Below are positions 11,695-23,497 of a stretch of 42,257 nucleotides of DNA, one piece after another; the first letter of the stretch is position 1; each line of letters begins with the position of its first letter. The DNA comes from Neovahlkampfia damariscottae. Lineage: Eukaryota. The translations under genes were made by a program, and so were the position numbers. The stretch is taken from the NCBI GenBank assembly GCA_016618085.1, contig JABLTG010000167.1, positions 1 through 42,257 on the forward strand, given 5' to 3'. The notes beneath the pieces were generated by a model. The model ran no database searches and was not told the DNA's origin. It saw only the letters and a list, made by a program, of their open reading frames with translations.

Positions 11695-13421
11695 ATGTCG
11701 AACATGAGAAATTCCTACAAGAGAAGAGCGCAACGAACTCCAATTTTGGAACTGTTACAAGAGGAGGAAGAACAAGATTATGAAAAAGGAAAAATAAAAA
11801 ATAGAAATTCTCAGTCAAAATCTGAACCAGTTGTTCCTTCTTTGAAACTGAAAACACCAGACAGTGGATTGACTGCATCTGGAATATCTTTATTTAAATC
11901 ACCACGTGATTTTATAAAAGGTGCTTTGAAAAAATTTGGAAGTACTTCACCAAACGCATCACCAATAACGACACCAAAAAATGCGTTGATGTCAAAAAAA
12001 AAAGAAGATTATCCAATGTTTATAAAGTATACAGTAATATATTGGGATAGAGAAATGAAAACAGAACAAAAAGATATTTTAATAATACCTGATCGTTATA
12101 GAATTATAAAAGTTGCAGGAAAAGGTGCCTATGGTACAGTAGGTAAGAATATAAAAAGAAATAATAAATTTAAAATAGTGTAAGAATGAATATATTACTG
12201 AACATTTTAAAGTATTGCTCTTGATGAAATATCACATAAAGCTGTAGCTATAAAAAAGAATCATTGTTTTTTTGATCATTCTCATGAAATATCTAAAAAT
12301 ATTTATAGAGAATTAAAAGTATTAAGTCATGTTGCAGTTGAAGGATATCATCCAAATTTAATACCATTAATTGATTTATGTCCAATTCAAAAAGATTTTA
12401 AAGATATTTATATGGTATTTGAGGCAATGGAAACAGATTTAAGACAAATATTAGATAAAAAAGAATGGACTTTAAAACAAACTAAGTTTTATATATCTTC
12501 AATTTTAAGAGGATTATCATATCTTCATTCAGCAAATATACTACATAGAGATTTAGTAAACTAGTTATTAGACAACTAAAAAAAAAAAAAATAGAAACCA
12601 GAGAATGTTTTATTAAGTGGAAATAAAGTAAAAATATGTGATTTTGGTTCAAGTAGAGGAACATCAACAACAAAAAGAAATAAAAGATTAACATTTTGGG
12701 TACAAACACAATGGTATAGAGCACCAGGTAATTAAAAGTTAAAATGATATTAAATAAGTTAAAAGAACAGTGTATGGCTTGGCCAGAAGCAAGAGAAACT
12801 ATTGATATTTGGTCTGTAGGATGTATATTAGGTGAATTTTTATCAGGTGGTAAACCATTATTTGCAGGATTAGATAATAGTGAACAATTATTTGAAATAT
12901 TTAAAATTATTGGTACACCTCCAATAGATGGTAAAAAATAAATAAAATTAAAAAAGAACTTTAAAGAATTACGTGGTAGTAAAGATACAATACAATTATT
13001 AAAAGATGCATGGTATTCAACTGGAATGGATAAAGAATTTCCACCAAAAGATTTATGTGAACAATTTCCAAATGAAGATAAAGATGCAATTGATTTATTA
13101 AAAAAAATGTTAATAATGAATCCAGAAAAAAGAATAACCATTGAAGAAGCATTAAAACATCCATTTTTATGTGATACTTATTCAATAAAAGAAAGACAAT
13201 TATCTGAATTTAATTATGATTTTGAAGAAAAATTAAATTTTGATGAAAATGCACCACAATTTGATATGGGAGAATATATTAAGAATTTAATATTTAATGA
13301 GATTGAAGATTGGAATAAAAATGTAAATGGATTTATAAAAGAAGGAAAGATTGTTGAAACAATTGAATTTATTGATCCAAGTTTAAAAAAAAAAAGAGAA
13401 CAAGAAGAAGAAGAAAAATGA
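11695..13421 (+). CDS. MAPK-like (CMGC) Ser/Thr kinase with atypical TFW activation loop
   Basis: Motifs [60 protein letters not shown]. Introns 12143-12178, 12180-12212, 12556-12594, 12728-12765, 12931-12966. Start at 11695 preferred (after CCAAT at 11685); 11659 possible. Confidence 0.88.
12179..12179 (+). other. Single-nucleotide exon (T) in the MAPK gene
   Basis: G|GTAAGA..AATAG|T|GTAAGA..AAAG|TATT. G12142+T12179+T12213 = GTT. This is the only GT-AG solution I found that keeps the kinase N-lobe in frame. Confidence 0.85.
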
Positions 13422-13428
13422 TATATAT

Positions 13429-14547
13429 TTAATTAATTGGATATAAAACTAAAAATATGTATGATATAATGATAAAAATTGTACCAATTAATACAAATTT
13501 CCAAATTGAAACTTTTTCTTCTTTTTTATTTCTCATATAAGAATACCATCCAACTCCAAAGAAACTTAAAATTAAACCTAAAATACCATGTAATTTAAAT
13601 GGTACTGGAAATATAATTAATGATAATGTTAATGTAACAAGTTTATATGTTACATTTGCAGCAACAACACTAGTTGCACTGACAAGTGACATTAATGAAT
13701 AATATGCAATTCCAATAGTTGTACCAAAAAATATTGTTAAAAATAGAATTGCATGATCATAAATTGGTAAATATGGTAATACATCTGTAATTGAATTTAA
13801 TGTACCTTTAAAATATGCAATAAATAATAACATTGGAAATGACATTATATTCTTTAATGTTGAAATACCAGTTGATGTTTGTTCTTGTTTTACATCATTC
13901 GTTAATTTTTTATCAATAATAGGTATGGTAACTGTTAATAATAAATTTAATAAAATCCATTGTGATCCTTCAAATGATACTGTTGTATCAGAAAATGCAT
14001 AAAATATTGATCCCATTAAAATTAATGATAATGAAAAGAATTCTTCATAACTCAATTTTAATCCCATAAATAAACATTCAATTAAACTTGTACCTAATGG
14101 TGCTGAATTTCGAGATACAATAACTAATGGTACTGATACTCTTGCTAATCCTTCAAATGAAGACCATAATAATCCAATATATCCAATAGTTGGTAAAACT
14201 AATTGATATACTTGTGATAAAGTAACACGTTTTAATGGTAAGATTTCTCTATTAAATATTTGAAATATCATTGTAACTATAAATGAACCAATATTTTGTA
14301 CTGCTATTAAAACAAATGGAAATTTAAAATCAACTACTATTTTCTTATTTAAAATAGTCATTGATACTGATGATATACATGCTACTATCAACCAAAAACC
14401 AACTCGAAAATTTGAAGCTTTCTCTTCTTCTTCAACTCTTTTTTCATCTGATATATCAATAATCACATCTTTTTCTTTTTCATCAATTAAAGGTTCTTTG
14501 TCATTTATTTCGTTTCTATTTTCTTCCTTTTCTTTTGCTTCACTCAT
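13429..14547 (-). CDS. SLC35/DMT nucleotide-sugar transporter (GDP-mannose/GDP-fucose-like)
   Basis: Intronless 372 aa with about 10 hydrophobic helices. Motifs SVSMTILNK..F.FP...QN, VSVPLVIVSRN, SATSVVAANVTYKL. Confidence 0.8.
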   Translation of the reverse strand: MSEAKEKEENRNEINDKEPLIDEKEKDVIIDISDEKRVEEEEKASNFRVGFWLIVACISSVSMTILNKKIVVDFKFPFVLIAVQNIGSFIVTMIFQIFNREILPLKRVTLSQVYQLVLPTIGYIGLLWSSFEGLARVSVPLVIVSRNSAPLGTSLIECLFMGLKLSYEEFFSLSLILMGSIFYAFSDTTVSFEGSQWILLNLLLTVTIPIIDKKLTNDVKQEQTSTGISTLKNIMSFPMLLFIAYFKGTLNSITDVLPYLPIYDHAILFLTIFFGTTIGIAYYSLMSLVSATSVVAANVTYKLVTLTLSLIIFPVPFKLHGILGLILSFFGVGWYSYMRNKKEEKVSIWKFVLIGTIFIIISYIFLVLYPIN

Positions 14548-14736
14548 TATTTGAAAAAGAAAGTTAAAGCAATTTGATTCGTCGAATTACAAAACAGTTA
14601 TCAAAAAGTTTAAATTACAAAATGGTTAAATAAAAATTAAAAAAAAATATTCCACCCATTTTAAGAAATGTTTGGTAATTTATTTGACCAATTAAATCTT
14701 CCCCTAAAAAAAAAACGTCATTCACCAACAACTTTA

Positions 14737-17329
14737 ATGGAAACAAAAGAAGAAGTGATAAAGATTAAAGAAGAAAGAATAAAAAAACAAAAATTATTTG
14801 AAAGAATCAAAAAATTAAAGACAGATGATTCTGAAATAAAAATTGCACAAGAAACTTATATTTCTTTTCATTCCAAAGATATTAAAAAATTAAAGATTGA
14901 AGAAGAAGAATTAATATTAACATTATTTGATAAATTATCTAATTCACTTTTTAATTTTCAAATTGTGAAAAAAAGATTATTAAGATTATTTTTTGTTTCT
15001 GAAATTGAAAAGAGTTTTAATAAAAAAAAAGAAATCAATGAAAAAGAAAATGAAATTAAACATATGAGTGATATTGATCCAACTATACCAGTTTATACAA
15101 CAAAAGAATCAATTAATTATGTAAGTTAGTTTTATTACTTTTTTAACTTATTAGTTAATTTTTAATCAAAGAAAAACAGAAAAATTAAGAAATGAAAGAC
15201 AACAAGAAATTATAAAACAAAAAAAAATGAAAGATTTATTAGATATTTGTGAAGCATTAAGTTCAGTTCAAAGTAAAAAGAATGAAATTGAACTTTTATT
15301 AAGAGAAAAAATATTACAAATTATTGATGCATTTGTAATGCAATATGGTGGTGTCGCATTTTTAGCACCATTAAATATTGCTACTAATGCAAGTTTAGGT
15401 GCAAATTTAAATCAAAAACATTGGGAAGAAATTGAATTTTTAGAATATGTATGGTCAACATCAACATCATCTTTAGTTCAAGAAATGAATTCATTTGGTT
15501 TAAATTCACCAAAATTAACAAAATCACCATTGTTTAGACAAATATTATTATCAAAAAAACCAGTATTTATTCAAGGTGATTCTGTAAAATTACCTGATAA
15601 TCATTTTACTATTGAAAATGCATTATTAATACCTATTGTTGTAAATAAATCATCAGTTGGTTTATTAGGTATGGCAAATGGAAATGTAATATATATCAAT
15701 CTAATATTTATACTCTTTTAGTTTTCTTCTATTGATTTAGAAATTATATTTGAAATATTACCAAGAATGTGGCAAACTATTATATTAGAATCTGTATCAA
15801 GAGCAAATAAAAGACAAGAAGATGTTGAAAGATTAAAATCAATTGAAAAAAGAGTTGAATATGGTAAAAAGTTAACATTAGGTCTTTCAAATGGTAATAT
15901 TGAATGAATAAATTTCTAATAATATTAAATAGTATTAAAACATGAAGATAATGAATCAGAAGAAGAAATAACATCAATGTCAAAAAATAAATTATTAAAA
16001 AAGAAATTATCAGGTAAAAAAAAAAAAGATAAAATATTAATCATTTTATATTTAGATATTGCTAATTTTCTTGAAGATAGATTTGGTGGTATGATATTTA
16101 TTGGTGCAATTAAAGTTGAAATGAATGTAAATTTATTAAAAATTGGATCTGATTCCAATACATCTTCATCAGGATCAGATATTGAAAAAGATGTTGATAA
16201 TGAAAAGTTTATGGCATATGTATTTTCAAATTCAGCAGAAGCAATTAGAAAATCATCAATGAAAGATGAAAGAAAACCATATTTAAAGAATTCAAAAACA
16301 ATGCAATCTGTTTGTAAAAGTCAAAAACCAACATTATTTTCAGATACAAGTACATTTAAATTACCTAATTCACATTTTCCAATGTCATCTGTATTATTAG
16401 TACCTGTTGTAATTAATAGTGAAGTAGTTGCATTATGTGGATTATCTAATGGTAAATATACACAATTAGATGGTGAAATATTAAGTGATGTTTTATCAAC
16501 ATTATGGTTTACTATTTTACAAGAATGTTTTTCAAGAATTGATTTAAGATATAAAGAAAAATTAAATGCAAAAAAGAATGCAACAAATAAATTAAAAGAA
16601 TCATTTGGATTACCAAAAAGAATACAAAATAAATTATATGAATCTGTTACTATTGTAAGAAGATTAATTTAACTGATTCTTATTAATTAAATAGGTAAGA
16701 AGAAGAAAAAGATTAAATTAAATATTTATTAGGTCACATTTCAATTTTCATTATTTAATGAAATGACAAAAAAGATTGTACCAAATGATTTAATTGAATT
16801 TTTAACATATTCATTTTCTAAATTTGATCTTTGTGTTTCACAATTTAGATTACAAAAATTATCAACATTTTTAGATGAATATATTGTAATTGGTGGATTA
16901 TCTGAATCAAAATATGATTTTGAAATATCATGTTCAAATTTTGTATTTTCAATTTTAGATGAAGTTGAAAAATTAAACAAAGAAAAAGATTTACCTGAAG
17001 AAATATTAAAATTCTTTCCATTAACATTAAATATTGGAATATCAACAGGTAGTTGTATTGGTGGATATATTAATTGTGATCAAGATGAAGATTTATCATC
17101 TGAAAATAATTATAATATATTTGGTGAATCATTGGATATTTCAAAAGAATTAAAAAATAATGCAATATTAGAAAATCAAAGAATATTAATTTCAAATAAT
17201 ACTTTTGATTTAATTAAAAATAGATTTGAATGTGAAGAATTTAAAAAAATTAAAATTAATGATGAAATTGGTGAAATTCAATCTTATATTTTAAAAGAAA
17301 AAAAGAAACATTTTTCAATTCAAAAATAG
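14737..17329 (+). CDS. Tandem GAF-GAF protein with degenerate class III nucleotidyl cyclase domain
   Basis: Two GAF repeats (KLPDNHF..LLIPI..VGLLGMANG; KLPNSHF..LLVPV..VALCGLSNG), then YESVTI.., LNIGISTG, YNIFGES, ILISNNT. Introns 15121-15154, 15686-15721, 15894-15932, 16014-16055, 16655-16694 and 16695-16732. Upstream ATG 14668 possible. Confidence 0.78.
16655..16732 (+). other. Two abutting introns (40 + 38 nt) with a zero-length exon / recursive AG|GT site at 16694/16695
   Basis: ATT|GTAAGAAGA..AAATAG|GTAAGAAGA..ATTAG|GTC. Removing both gives gap-free YESVTIVTFQFSLF. Confidence 0.7.
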
Positions 17330-17331
17330 TT

Positions 17332-19511
17332 TTATTTTTCTAATGATACTTCTAATAAAGAATTTAATGTATTTAACATTGATCTTGGATCTTCCATTAA
17401 TCCAGCTGAAATCATTGCATTATTAAATAATTGTTCACCAACTATTTTTGATATTTTTTCATTCTCTGTCATGGTTGAATAAAGTTTTTTAATCACTTAA
17501 AATATTAAAAAGAATATTAATATTTACTTGGATGTGTTGGATCAATTTCTAAAATTTGTGGTGGTAATTTTTCATTTTGATTTCCATACATTTGTCTAAA
17601 ATAAAAATTATAAAGATATATATATTACCTCATCATACGCATAGCAGGATTTTCTGGATTTGAAATGATTGCAGGTGTACCAGATAATCTACTTGTTGAT
17701 TTTACAGCAGATAATTTACCATTTAATATTGAAATATACCATTTTTCAAATTCTTTAATTTCTTCATCAGATAATCCACCTTCTTTCTTTTCTTTATCTT
17801 TAATATCTGCTCTTTCAATTGATTTTAATGATTTCTTTTGATATGTTCCAATAGAAGTCATTACAAATTCATCAACTAAATTTTTTTAAAAAATATAAAA
17901 TAACTAACCAGGATTAAATAAGAATAATACTTCAATATCTTTTTCTTTAAATGATTCAAAATAAGGTGATGATTCTGCATATTCTCTATTTGGTGCAATT
18001 AAATAATAAATTTCTTTTTGATCTTCTGACATTCTATTAATATAATCTGTTAATGTAATTCTTTCATTTTCTTTTGTTTTTGATGATTCAAAAATTAAAA
18101 TCTTTGCAATTTCATCTTTATATAATAAATCAGATGAAATACCTTCTTTAAAGAATCTATTATATTCTTCATAAAATTTGATATATTTTTGTAAATCTTG
18201 TTTTAACATATCTTCAAAAAATCTAATAATCTTTCTTGTTAAAATACCATTAATTCTTCTAATTAAAGGACTATTTTGAATATGTTCTCTTGAGATATGT
18301 AATGGTAAATCTTCAGAATCAACTGCACCTTTCATAAATCTTAACCAATCAGGTAATATATCTTTATGTTTTGCTTGAATCAATACTTTTCTACAATAAA
18401 CACTAACATATTTTAGATATCTAAATAAAACTTACTTCACCCCTGGTTCCATTTTACCCATACCCATTTTTTCTGAATGTGTATCTGGTACATAAAATAA
18501 TGCAAAGATAGACATTGGAATATCTGTATTAAAATGAATTGTATATAATGGATCATTTGAACTATGTGAAATATATTTGTAAAATTCTTTGTATTGTTCT
18601 TGTGTGACTGTATTTTTTGGTTGTAACCAAATTGCTTTTTGAGTATTGACTTTACTTCCATTTAAAGTGATATCAAATGAAACAAAATTTGAATATTTTT
18701 TGATTATTCTTTCAACTGATTCTTTAATTGAAAATTCTTTTTCATCTTCTTTCAATTGTAAAATAATTTTAGTTCCTCTTTTGACACCATCTGCAGCATG
18801 AATTGTATAATCACCTGTTCCAAATGATTCCCAACAATATCCTTCTGATCCTTTTAATCCACTTCTTGTGAATACTCTAACTTTATTTGCAACCATAAAA
18901 ATTGAATAGAATCCAACACCAAATTGACCAATAATATTTGAAATTGCTTCACTTGATTTTCCATTTTTTTTCATTTCTTGAACAAATTTTTTACTTCCTG
19001 ATTGTGCAATGGTACCAAGATTTTCAATTAATTCATCTTTTGACATTCCAATACCTGTATCTTGAATAATAAATGTTCTTGATTTTTCATCAACTGAAAT
19101 GGATATTTCAAATGGAATTTCTGGATCTTCAACATCATTTTCATTGACTAAACTCTTATCTCTTAATTTTTCTAAAGCATCAGATGCATTTGAAACTAAT
19201 TCTCTAATAAAAACTTCTTTATCCGTGTAGAGACTTTGTGCAACAATATCAAGTAATCTTCTAGTTTCAGTTTGAAATGATTTGGTTTCTTTTTCACCTT
19301 TAATTACTTCACTTTCTTCAATAATTCCTGTTTTTGTTAATTTCTCTTCTTCTTCATTTTTAACTTCTTCTTCAACAATATCATCAGAAACATCTTTAAT
19401 TTCTTTTTCAAAAAGTTTTTTGTTTGTTGAAAATGAGTATTTGACTGTTTTTAAATTTTGTTTAGATTTTGTTGCTGATTTAACAACTTGAATAACACTT
19501 TTTCTGAACAT
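17332..19511 (-). CDS. TRAP1: Mitochondrial Hsp90 (TRAP1/Hsp75)
   Basis: Basic presequence MFRKSVIQVVKS. Motifs FQTETRRLLDIVAQSLYTDKEVFIRELVSNASDALEK, IGQFGVGFYS, LPDWLRFMKGAVDSEDLPL. Introns 18403-18435, 17876-17908, 17596-17628, 17496-17527. Confidence 0.94.
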
Positions 19512-19674
19512 TTTTTTTTTGTGAAGTGAAAATTCCGAAAGAACCAATAGGATTTATTTAAGCTTCAAAAAAAAACTGAAATAAGAATTTATTTTGTATT
19601 TGGATTTATTTTATAAAAATATTCATTTTTTGTATTGATTTATTTTCAATTTTCTTCTAATTAAAATTCGTCCA

Positions 19675-21328
19675 ATGAAATCGAAAAAATCAAACCAAAC
19701 AAAAAGTGGAAAGAAGAGTTTTGGTGATAAAAAGAATGCTCCAACAACAACAAAAAGGAAGAGATTAACATTTGAACCTGAAAAAGAAACAAATAATTTC
19801 TTAAGTTCACAAAATTATGGTGTCAGGTAATTTTAATAGTTTTTACTAAAGTCAAATATAGAGTTTATGATTTAGAAGCTAAAAAGAGTCTTGAAGAAAT
19901 TATAAAGAAATCTAAATTAAAAGCAAAATATAATGAAGAAGCTCGAAATTATACCGAATTAATTGAAGATTTAGAGTTTCCAATTGCAACCAACTCTATG
20001 AGTTTATGTTCAGATGGTAAATTTTTATGGGCAAGTGGAATCTATCCACCACAAATACATTGTTATGAATTAGATCAATTAACCATGAAAATGTCAAGAC
20101 ATGTTGAAAAAGAAGTTTTAAAATTATTACCATTATCATCTGATTTTAGAAAGTTAATATTATTAACAGTAGATAGAACAGTTGAAATACATGCACATTT
20201 TGGATCATATTATAAATTTAGATTACCTGTAGTAGGTAGAGATATGATATATCATAGTTCAACAGCAGAAATGTTATTTACTGGATCATCTAATGAAATA
20301 TATAGATTTAATTTAGAAGAAGGTATATTTAAAAAATCATATGAATGTTTAAATGAAACAACTAATGGAATTAATACAATATCATTAAATCCAATTCATG
20401 ATTTTATTACAGTTGGATGTGATAATGGATATATTGAATGTATTGATCATAGACAAAAGAAACATATTGGTATTTTAAATGTTTGTGAAAATATTGAAAA
20501 ATATGATAATACAATATCAAGTGGAAATGAAATTACAAGTTTATGTTTTGATAATGATGGTATTAAATTAGGATGTGGTACAATAAATGGTCAAGTTGCA
20601 TTATTTGATATTAGAAAGAATACTCCTATTTTAGTTAAAGATCATTTTTATGAAGAACCAATTAAAAAGATATCATTCTTTAATGAAAATGTAATATCTT
20701 CAGATACAAAAGTTATTAAAATTTGGAATAAATCATCAGGTGATATTTATACAAATTTAGAACCACCTTCTAAAATTAATGATTTTTTACATTTTCCAAA
20801 TTCAGGTATGATATTTGTTGGTGGAGAAAGACAAAAAATAAAACCATATTATATACCATCATTAGGACCTGCACCAAAATGGTGTTCTTTTGTTGATAAG
20901 TATGTTTCAATTTTTTATATACTTATTATTATTTAAATAGTATTACTGAAGAATTAGAAGAAATTAAAAAACAAACTATATTTCAAGATTATAAATTTAT
21001 TACATTTAATGAATTAGAAGAATTAAATTTAACTGATTTAATTGGTACTGATTTATTACGTCCTCATCTTCATGGTTTCTTTATGAAAATTAATTTGTAT
21101 AAACAAGCTATAAATTTAAATAAAGAAAAAAATAAAAAAAAGAAAATTAAAAAAGATATTATTCAAGATGGTCAAGATGAAAAAGAAAATAAAAAAGAAA
21201 ATAAAAAAGATAAATATGAAAAAGAACAAAATGAAAAAGAAGATGATATTCATTTTGATGAAAGATTCTCTGAAATGTTAAATAATCCAGATTTTTTAAA
21301 AAATGAACAAGATGATATAATTGAATAA
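19675..21328 (+). CDS. NOL10: Nucleolar protein 10 / Enp2 (WD40 + NUC153 motif)
   Basis: Motifs ELIEDLEFP, SGIYPPQIHCYELDQL, YYIPSLGPAPKWCSFVDNITEELEE, HGFFM, FDERFSEMLNNPDF. Introns 19827-19861, 20900-20940. Confidence 0.92.
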
Positions 21329-21359
21329 AAATACTAGTAATGGTATATTTAAAAGATAT

Positions 21360-21641
21360 TTATTTTTTTTTTGAAATGAACCATGAACTTGTCCAGTCAA
21401 ATAATGCATATCCTGTAGCCATTCCAAATGAAGCAGAAACACCAACAAAGAATGGTATTAACATATATTTTTTAAAACCACCAACTGTTTCATGATATTG
21501 TTTTAAAGTTTCTTCTCTAGATTTATCAATTTTATTCTTTTCATTTTCACTTAATTTTATATTATTCATATCTTCTAATTCATCCTCAAGGTCATCTAAT
21601 TCTTTTAAATGGTCAACGTTAATGTTTTTTGTCCCGCTCAT
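21360..21641 (-). CDS. Small single-pass membrane protein (93 aa), Mim1/Tom13-like motif
   Basis: Acidic N-terminus, TM segment LIPFFVGVSASFGMATGYALFDW, basic tail; CCAAT at 21665. The ORF is well supported; the family call is tentative. Confidence 0.6.
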   Translation of the reverse strand: MSGTKNINVDHLKELDDLEDELEDMNNIKLSENEKNKIDKSREETLKQYHETVGGFKKYMLIPFFVGVSASFGMATGYALFDWTSSWFISKKK

Positions 21642-21771
21642 TTTTTACACTTTATCAAAGTTGACCAATCAAATGGTTGATTTATTATTTATTCTATTTA
21701 TTTTTATTTATTTTATTTTCAAAATAAAAAATATAAATATTCCAACTTGATTTTTTTTAACCAATAAAAAC

Positions 21772-22758
21772 ATGACATCAAACAAAAAGAAAAGTGTTGA
21801 AGGTTCACCTGAATTATTTTCTGTGAGAAATAACTTATATTTTGGAAATTATTCCAATTGTCTTAGCATTGGAAGTGAATTAGAATTAAAAACACCAGAG
21901 TTAAAAGTTGAAAGAGATATTTTATTATATCGTGCTAATATTGGTCTTGGACAATATGAATTAGTTTTAAATGAAATTGATGATTCTAAAGATACACCAT
22001 ATGGATTAAGAGTAAATAAAAAATTCAGTCAACTTTTTTAAAGTCTATTCGTTTATTAGCTGAATACTTTTTAAATGGAAAAGAAAAAGTTATTGAAAAG
22101 ATTGAAGAATATTTATTAGATCCAATATTTTCAACAGATTTAAATTTATTAATAGTATCAAGTACAATTTATACACTTGAAGGAGATTATTTAAGTTCAA
22201 TAAAATTAATGAAAGATATGAATAATTTAGAAATGTAAAATATATATATTATTAATTTATTATTTTGATAGGTGTTCCATTTTAATTTCCAATTATTTAA
22301 GTATTAATAGAATTGATTTAGCAGAAAAGACATTAAAAATAATGAGTGAAAAGAATGATGATGCATCTATTACACAATTATCAACAGCATCTATTTATCT
22401 TTCAAAAGGAGAAGATAAATTAATATTAGCTGAATCTATTTATCAAGAATTAATTGAAAAATATACTGAATCTGTTAGTTTATTAAATGGCAAAGCAATA
22501 GTATGTTTAAAAGAAGGTAGATATGATGAAGCAAATAAAATACTTTTACAAGCACTTTCAAAAAGAAATCAAGATTCAGAAACATTAATTAATTTAATTG
22601 TTTGTTCTCAACATTTAGGTAAATCAAATGAATTTATTCAAAGATATATTAAACAATTAAAAAATAATCAAAACTCAAAAAATAATACATGGGTTAAAAA
22701 TTATATTGAAATGGAAAATAATTTTGATGATTATTGTAAACAATTTAATAAAGTTTAA
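21772..22758 (+). CDS. COPE: Coatomer subunit epsilon
   Basis: Motifs ELFSVRNNLYFGNY, ERDILLYRA.IGLGQY, DDASITQL, LLNGKA, ETLINLIV. Introns 22012-22043, 22235-22271. Confidence 0.92.
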
Positions 22759-22761
22759 TTA

Positions 22762-23438
22762 TTATTCTTCTTCTTCTTCTTCCATTTTATCATTGGTTTG
22801 ATTATTGGTGTGGGTTTGAGTTTGGGTTTGATTATCTTCATCTTCATCTTCATCTTCATCTTCTTCTTCTTCTTGTTCATATAATTGTTGTAAAATTAAA
22901 TTAAATTTCTTTTTTGAATATTCAATTTTATTAAATAATTCATCCTTTTTATTTTTTAATTTATTTAAATTTTCATTTAATTTTTTAATTTTCTCTTCTT
23001 GTTCTTTTCTATTTAAATATTGATTTATTGAAGATGATAATAAATCATATTCTAATCTATTCTCTTTCTTTTCTTCTTCTAGTTTTAAAATTTTTTTTAA
23101 TTTTTCAATTTCTTCTTTTCTTTTTTTTATTTTCTCTTCAATTTCAATAGATTCTTCTTCCATTTTATTTATATCTTTTTTTGTTGTTTTTTCATTCACT
23201 TTGGATTTTAAAATTAAAAATTCATATTTATCCATCTCTTTCATTAAATTATTATAATTTTCTTCATTTTCTTTTCTTTTTAAGAGATATTACTCAAGAA
23301 GAAGTACTTACAAATCACAGAAATTTAAATAATTTAAAGTTAATTGATTTAATAATTTCCAATCAAATAATAATCTATTTTGTACACTTAAATCTATTTG
23401 TTATTAGAAAATCTATGATCATTTCTCTTCTTACTCAT
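22762..23438 (-). CDS. THOC7: THO complex subunit 7 / Mft1
   Basis: First coding exon is just ATGA; introns 23394-23434 and 23276-23311. Gives VQNRLLFD.., a coiled coil, ENRLEYDLLSSSINQYLNR and an acidic tail. Confidence 0.75.
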
Positions 23439-23497
23439 GTGAATGTATTATTTAGTTTTAATTGGATGAACACTTTGATTGGTGGAATATAACAGAG
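23439..23497. promoter_or_regulatory. 59-nt bidirectional promoter (THOC7/BORCS8) with two CCAAT boxes
   Basis: Divergent ATGs at 23438(-) and 23498(+); ATTGG at 23461 and 23478. Confidence 0.6.

Noticed and set aside
12142..12212. Fungal-type [D1,2] nested intron (stwintron) reading of the MAPK pair
   Set aside because: Removing G12142-12212 gives GTA TAT TGC TCT TGA, an immediate stop. Only the 1-nt exon keeps frame.
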